DNA of 64,000 nt from NCBI GenBank assembly GCA_043228905.1, contig JBHGNT010000001.1, forward strand, positions 34,534,001-34,598,000. Direction: 5' to 3'. This document shows positions 57,838-64,000 of this stretch, piece by piece. The notes under the pieces are model-generated. The model was not told the DNA's origin and did no database searches. It was given only the letters and a program-made list of their open reading frames with translations. The DNA is from Azolla caroliniana. Its lineage: Eukaryota > Plantae > Polypodiophyta. Position numbers and translations under genes: made by a program. The first letter of the stretch is position 1. Each line of letters starts with the position of its first letter.

Positions 57838-60800
57838 TTATGAATAGGATTTAATCAAGCCAAGACTATATAGAACTAGAGAAGGTTTCCCAAATATGTT
57901 TCCAAGTGAGAATCTGGACTTCGTTTGTTGGGCATTAGACGATGTTAACATAGGGCAAAGAGGTATTTCACTTACTTTAAGCATGCTTTGACCTATTTCT
58001 CTTCTCACTGCTTCCAGAACTTTGGAATCTACAGCCATTCCCGATGCGTCAGTGACATAGAAAACGTTTAAAGCTTTCTTGTCTCTCGTAGAGACATCAG
58101 CTCTTGCCACAGAGAGGCCATGTTCTCGAAAGATTCGAGTCACATCAGATAACAAACCCACTCTGTCATTTGTGCACAATTCAAGTCTTATCCCCTGCAC
58201 ATTTCAACCACGACAATATGAATGCCATGAACAAACAATGTACATCTTGTAAAAACTTATGCATTATAACTGACTGCAAATATACTAGAACAAGGGAAAA
58301 AATCTCAATACATCCCTACTTTGTTGGTTACTTGTAAGATACCCCCCCAGTCTTCCCAGATATTACAAGAATACCTTTCGGTGGCACATCCTACTAAATT
58401 CCTACAAATCTGTAATATTGCCTCATAGCCCCTGAACATTAAACTCCAGTCCAATCTTGGAACTCACCAGAACAAAATGAACGAAACTTGACCAAAATAC
58501 ATACGATTCCAATTTAATTCAAGGAGTAATTTCCTACTACTTCTTAGATGAAAGGAATCACAAGCTCAATAAGTAAAGAAAATTCCACCTTCGATTACTA
58601 TTTAATTGAAACTACTCAAGTTTGCAAAGTAGATATGGGAAACACAATCTGGTTGTTTATGCACTGCACACTAGATGTGAGAAACACGACCTAGTAGTTA
58701 TGCATTGCAAGCCTCTGGAACACATGAAATTTCATTGTTTCTCAATCAATATATACCTCGGAAACCCGCCTTTTAATGGCTGCTCTTAGACACTGAATAA
58801 CTCTCCTCCTTTCTGCTTGAGAATTGAGTGTGCAGCCATCGATGTGGCGGATGTAGTAATCCTGTACATAAAATAAACGTTAAATATAAGACATATACTC
58901 TCTAACATGCAAGAAATGAAAGAAGATAAGATAAGAACTAACTTGATAAGCTCTTTGTCCATCAGTATCAATGGCAGCATGAAAGACAACATATTCCATA
59001 TCAGTCAATGTACATAGTGTATCAAACACAAGCTTAGGTCTATTTCTGCACTCTATATGAATCACAGAATAGCCCTTCTCATCACAATCTTCCACAGATA
59101 TTTTTCCATTACGATCCCAATTGTCACATTGTTCTTCACCGGCGTCACCATTTCTCTCGTAATCCCTATCAGCAAACATCATCTGATGAAGCCTCCTCTC
59201 AGTGTGAGTTATAACTCCATGAGTGAAATCTGTTCTTGCACTTTTTGAGTTCTTATCTCCTTTAAGGACATTAGAGAGAGACTCTTTGATCCTATAGAGT
59301 TTATCTTTGTCTTTGATAGGTCCATTTGTTGCTTCTTCATCTGTAACATATAGAAGGCAAGCTACTCTCATGTTGTGAGTCCATAGCTCTGCGGCGACAA
59401 CGTTACATCTCATTTGTGCTAATAGAGCTGAAATCTCAGACATAAGACCTGGCCTATCTCCTCCTGTTAGTTCAATTGTTGTGTGTGAATGCAATGAAGA
59501 TTCTTCTAATTCAGATGGCGATAAACCTATTTGATTATGATTAATCCCCACTCTTCTTGCTGGATTAAACTCATGACTTGCACTAATACACTGGATCAAA
59601 AAAATATAGGTTGATTTAATATACACCAAAATTGTTTTATTTCATATTCACAACTTGTGACAAAGATAAGAAGCTTCGATGGAACATAAATCTGAAAGAT
59701 AATGTACAGAATCAGAATCAGAATATTTCGAAACAAAAGTGAAAGCTTTAATGTGAAAAGACTTGAATATTAGTGCAGCAGAAATTAGATTAGTAGATTA
59801 AAAGAGAAGTTTATACATTGCAGAATCATGACAAAAATACTTCAATTTTATGTGAGCCAGCAGATTAAATTACGGATCAGAAATCTGGGAGATGTACCGA
59901 TGATTGATTATATCACACAAAGCATGCTATGTGAAGAATTTATATGGAGAAGAAACAGTCGTTGAAAGAAAGATAATTACTTATATCATACAAAGGATGC
60001 TATGTGTGAATATTTTATATGGAGCACAAAGCATCGTTGAAAAAAGATAATTACTTTATATCATACAAAGGATGCTATGTGTGAAGAATTTATATAATAG
60101 TGAGCGGAAACAGATATGAGAAAAGATATTGATGGAGAAGAGACAAGCTGTCTAAATCAGTACATAAATTACTGAATTGAATCATCGAAAGCACTTTGAG
60201 TTTTGATGGGAACAAAATTAAGTGGATCAAGGAGACACGAAGTCAGTGGTGTAAATCAATACAGAATATAACTGCGAGAAGAAAATCATGGAGCAGAAAG
60301 GAGTAGATGTTCTTAGATTAGACATCACTGACCTTCTCGATTAAGCTAATGGTTTCTTGATCAGTGACTTTCCTTCCGTTTGCATCTGTTACATGGAAGA
60401 CTGCACAACAAACGTTAGAAACGCAGGTCTTGCTAAGGGAGACGAATAAAGAACCCAAAACAATACAAAGAAACACAAAAAGAAAGAGAGAGAGGGGGGA
60501 TACAAAGAAGAGCGGCGAAAGAGAGAAGAAGAAGAGACCCAGAGTAGTTTTTACCATCCATAAACCATCCGCCGTCTGATGAAATGAAAGCCTTAAGTAT
60601 TCTGAGATCTAGATCTGTCAAGATCTGAACGATTTCAAGCAAAATTCCATGTCGATTGGAGCTATGGACCTGCATAAGATTAAGAAGAGAAAGACGAAAA
60701 CATGTTAAAAAGAAGAAAATAGGAAGGAGTAAGAGAGAGAGGAGAAGGAAGAAAACAACGAAAGAAGGAGTCCATTCAAATTACTAACAGGAAAAAGAAA

Positions 60801-61160
60801 GGCTAAAACACATTAGGAAACGAAGAAAAAAAAGGAAGAAAGGAAGAAGAAAGCCATTAGAGCTTAACATTGATCAGACAATACCTTGAATAGCGTAGCC
60901 GTTTCACTTGAGCTATTATCGACCATGATTCTGCCGAAGGAGAAAAGGATAAGATCAGAAGGTTGTAAATGCCACCGGATTGACAAATTGACACAGAAAG
61001 ATAAATCAACAGCTATCAATCAGAGTAAAGACATGCAAATGCATTAAACAAAAAAAGAAAGAAAACGGAAGAGAGAAAAGAGGTGTTTTTCATACCTCGG
61101 AGGATTCATTCGCCACACGAACTTCTGATACTCATCAAAGCCTGCTTGGGAGGACTCCAT
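57838..61160 (-). CDS. ACR: ACT domain repeat protein (ACR, four ACT domains), 7 exons, 467 aa
   Basis: Exons 61160-61096, 60930-60885, 60669-60555, 60400-60333, 59590-58943, 58861-58757, 58194-57838 (GT-AG, total 1404 nt). DEYQKFVWRMNPPR, NRHGILLEIVQ..ISSDGGWFMDVFHVTD, ELTGGDRPGL, HTERRLHQMM, RNRPKLVFDT, DRVGLLSDVTRIFRE. Confidence 0.95.
59909..60095. repeat. ~74-bp tandem repeat (x2.5) in ACR intron 4
   Basis: TATATCA.ACAAAG.ATGCTATGTG...ATAATTACT at ~59909, 59981 and 60057. Confidence 0.8.
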
Positions 61161-61444
61161 GGCCACAGAAGGAGGAGGAGGAGGAGCACAGTGCGCAGTG
61201 CGCAGTGCGAGAAGGTATAAGACCACTGTACTGAGCTTTACGTTGCAGAAGGAAACGTGGTATGTATGTAAAGCAAGCAAGGGAAGTATATATTACGAAG
61301 GGGAAGGAAGAAAACGGGGCGCAATATCGAAATAACGAAGGATTCGAAGGAGGAGGAGCGGATGGATGGAAGGGAAAATGAAGAGAACTCGGAGAGCGGT
61401 GTGGAGGAAGGAAGACGCACAGCACAGGCAGAGACAGAAGAAGA

Positions 61445-61662
61445 TCAGGTGCGGGTTCTTTGAAGAAGAAGAAGAAGAAGAAGAAGAAGAAGATCAGTCA
61501 GGTGCGGGTTCTTTGAAGAAGAAGAAGCAATGGCTGTAGAGAGGAGCAGTAGCAGCAGTGATAGAAGTAGTAGTACATTGCGCGCACAGAGGCAGGCAGG
61601 CAGATGACTGTTATTTGAATTTCCCAAAGGAAGAAAGGAAGGAAGGAACACTGAGAGTCTCT

Positions 61663-61703
<41 letters not shown>
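61445..61703. repeat. (GAA)n, duplicated TCAGGTGCGGGTTCTTTGAAG unit and (GA)n in ACR 5' region
   Basis: Duplicated unit at 61445 and 61498; (GA)n at ~61665-61703. Confidence 0.8.
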
Positions 61704-61708
<5 letters not shown>

Positions 61709-61784
61709 CTGAGAGAGAAGGCCCTGCGCAGCATGCATTTATTGGGGCGAAGACGACGACGTCTTAATTACCGCCGGCGGGGGT

Positions 61785-62041
61785 GCCACGTGGCCACCTC
61801 CCTTTTTGTTCTCCCGATCCCGACATATCTCTCTCTCTCTCTCTCTCTCTTCCTTTTTCTCTTTTTTTACAAAAAATAAAAGAATTTAAATAAATAAACA
61901 AAGTCATTCCTAGTCCGCTCCAGCCGTCAACGCTCTTCATTGACTGACTATATATCTTATCTGTCGGAGGAAACGTCGCTCTCCAAAACCGCCAGCCGTC
62001 AGCCACTGTCGTCGTACCTACTTCGTCTCTATAATATCACT

Positions 62042-62074
<33 letters not shown>

Positions 62075-62898
62075 AGAGCTCTTTGTTTTGTCCCAAACAC
62101 CGAACCAAAAAGGAGATCGTTGTTTAAAACAAGTCAGTGCAGAAACCTTCTTCTTTTTTATTTTAAAGGACAAAAGATGGTGGAGTGTATGGTGGTGGTG
62201 GGGGGGGGGGGGTCAATATGTGGAAAATGACCAAAATCCAGCCCCTTGGGCACTATCCGTCGGTCGGTCCAAAACAGTCTGTTTGTGTGGATGGATGGAT
62301 TGACCAAAGACCAACCGCCCCATGCCCACAATCCGTTTTCCTAAATGGCCACTCGAAACTATAACCTCCCCGAGAAGGAGATGGGCGGGGGGACACAATT
62401 TACAAGGAGATTAAACCAAACTTTCTAGGGGGTTGTAACTTGTTTACATGCAATTCTATAGTACTATATATATATATATGTAATAATGTATGTATGTATG
62501 CATAATTCCTTTCTATCGAATTTGAGTGAGTTTTATCATTAAACATTTTCTGTTTTCGTTGTTCTTTTTTTTAACTTAAAATTCCTGCCCTCGTCCTCCC
62601 CCTTCCACCTTCCAAGGCGTGCTTTTGGATGTCACCTTCATTTTTCCTCCCTTCTTGTTTACGTGCCATACCCTGGCCCCGCCACGTGGCATGCACATTC
62701 GTTTCTTCCAAGCCAAGGATTCTTTTTTCTTTCTTTCTTTTCTGGCGGCTATATCAAGCCATGATGCCACGTGTCTTTTGGTTTGGTCTACATCTTCCTT
62801 TTATGTACCATTACCATCACCATGTCTCTTTATTTATGTATTTGTTTAGGTTGTTTCAAGGAAAGGGAACTTCCCCACCCAACAAGGCGCAATCAATG

Positions 62899-62939
<41 letters not shown>

Positions 62940-63194
62940 CGGCTTTTCTTTTGGCCTCCTCTCTATTCCAATCTCACGAAACTCTGCCCGCGAACTCAAT
63001 TTATGTATGTCTCCCATGTACCAATAAGTTGGTTCCACTCCTGCTTCTCTCCCAACTCTTGCTCTCAACATGCCACAATTTTTAGTGTGTCGTGTTAAAC
63101 ATGCTCACTCTACACCCTCTTTCTAATGTATGTCAACCATTGTACTCTACGACAAAGTCCTTCCACGAGGATGTTCCGTTAAACCCCCCACGTG
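61785..63194. promoter_or_regulatory. G-box/ABRE cluster upstream of ACR
   Basis: GCCACGTGGC at 61785 and 62681, GCCACGTGTC at 62766, CACGTG at 63189. Confidence 0.55.
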
Positions 63195-63545
63195 CTCATT
63201 GTGTAGCGACAAGCACATCCACACTTGTAAATTACATGACATCAACTCTTTTACTTTTTTTGGCCCTGCTCATAGACCAAGTTTGCCTCTTCAAACATGT
63301 AACACCTTGAACAAGGGTATGTCATCAAACCCCATTTGTTGAATAACAACCCTAAGGACAAGTTTTGATTCACCTTTATAGTGCATGTTAATGCAACTCA
63401 CAATTAATGGTAGAATGCTTGAATGTTGCATTTGTGCGTAATATCATGAATGCATTGAAATTACTTTTGACATTTATTGATTTTTATTACACAAAAAGTT
63501 GTGTTAGTCTACATGAGGATTCAGAAATCGTTTGTATAAATCCGA

Positions 63546-63584
<39 letters not shown>

Positions 63585-64000
63585 CCCAATAGTGTGTATT
63601 TAAAAACATTGTTACAAGTTACAATCATTTAATCCTCTCACTTAAGGTAGATGGACATTCTCTAAAACCATCAAAAAAACTTGAATATAGACTCAAGGAA
63701 AGGATCCAAGCATGTTCCAATACCCAAAAGTGCCACATAAGAATACCTTTCAACTACCTTGAAATTAGCGAAGGTAAGGACCCCCCCTTTTTAATCACTC
63801 ATTATTGAGATATTAAGCTCAACTAAGTTTAGCCATTTAGTTAACCACGTAACTTAGTAGCTACCTAGATAGAATCTAGTTAGTGTGTTGACCTTTCAAA
63901 CCCTTAAATAGGATTTCGTACTTGGTAGTGGAGGATCTAGAATGTATCCCCACTTACGTACAAGTACAAGATCCTATTTAAGGGTTTAAAAGGTCAACAC

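Noticed and set aside
61135-61738. Candidate uORFs in the ACR leader
   Set aside because: Low-complexity repeat translations; no evidence of a conserved peptide without ortholog comparison.
1-64000. tRNA, rRNA, snoRNA or conserved miRNA genes
   Set aside because: No recognisable conserved sequence found by eye; tRNAscan/Infernal would be needed to exclude them.

Overview
AT-rich land-plant nuclear DNA, probably a fern or other seed-free vascular plant (inferred from the PLS-PPR relics and the Aux/IAA N-terminus; not proven). The first ~17.7 kb is a nest of transposons. An old L1-type LINE carries a full-length Ty1/Copia (Tnt1/Tork-like) element at 970-11832 (TSD GAAGT), which is itself split inside RT by a younger sister Copia at 2746-8259 (TSD GTGCT, open 1357-aa ORF). 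The LINE also carries a solo LTR at 12808-13550 (TSD GAATG). PPR pseudogene debris and a cluster of 5'-truncated LINE insertions follow, one with a 5' inversion typical of twin priming (15781-16894). Three intact spliced host genes can be reconstructed: Aux/IAA (29822-32979, +), clade-B AT-hook/PPC AHL (44184-46610, +) and an ACT-domain-repeat ACR gene (57838-61160, -). The most notable signals are an array of CCGG-closed hairpins with compensatory changes in the Copia U3, a mosaic LTR/5'-gag swap between the two Copia families, a shared 3' ACTAATG motif (often in a stem-loop) across diverged LINE tails plus a ~120-bp SINE-like unit, a long-TIR foldback MITE, and a (TTAGGG)n G-quadruplex motif just before the AHL start codon. 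All alignments and counts were done by eye; no databases were searched.
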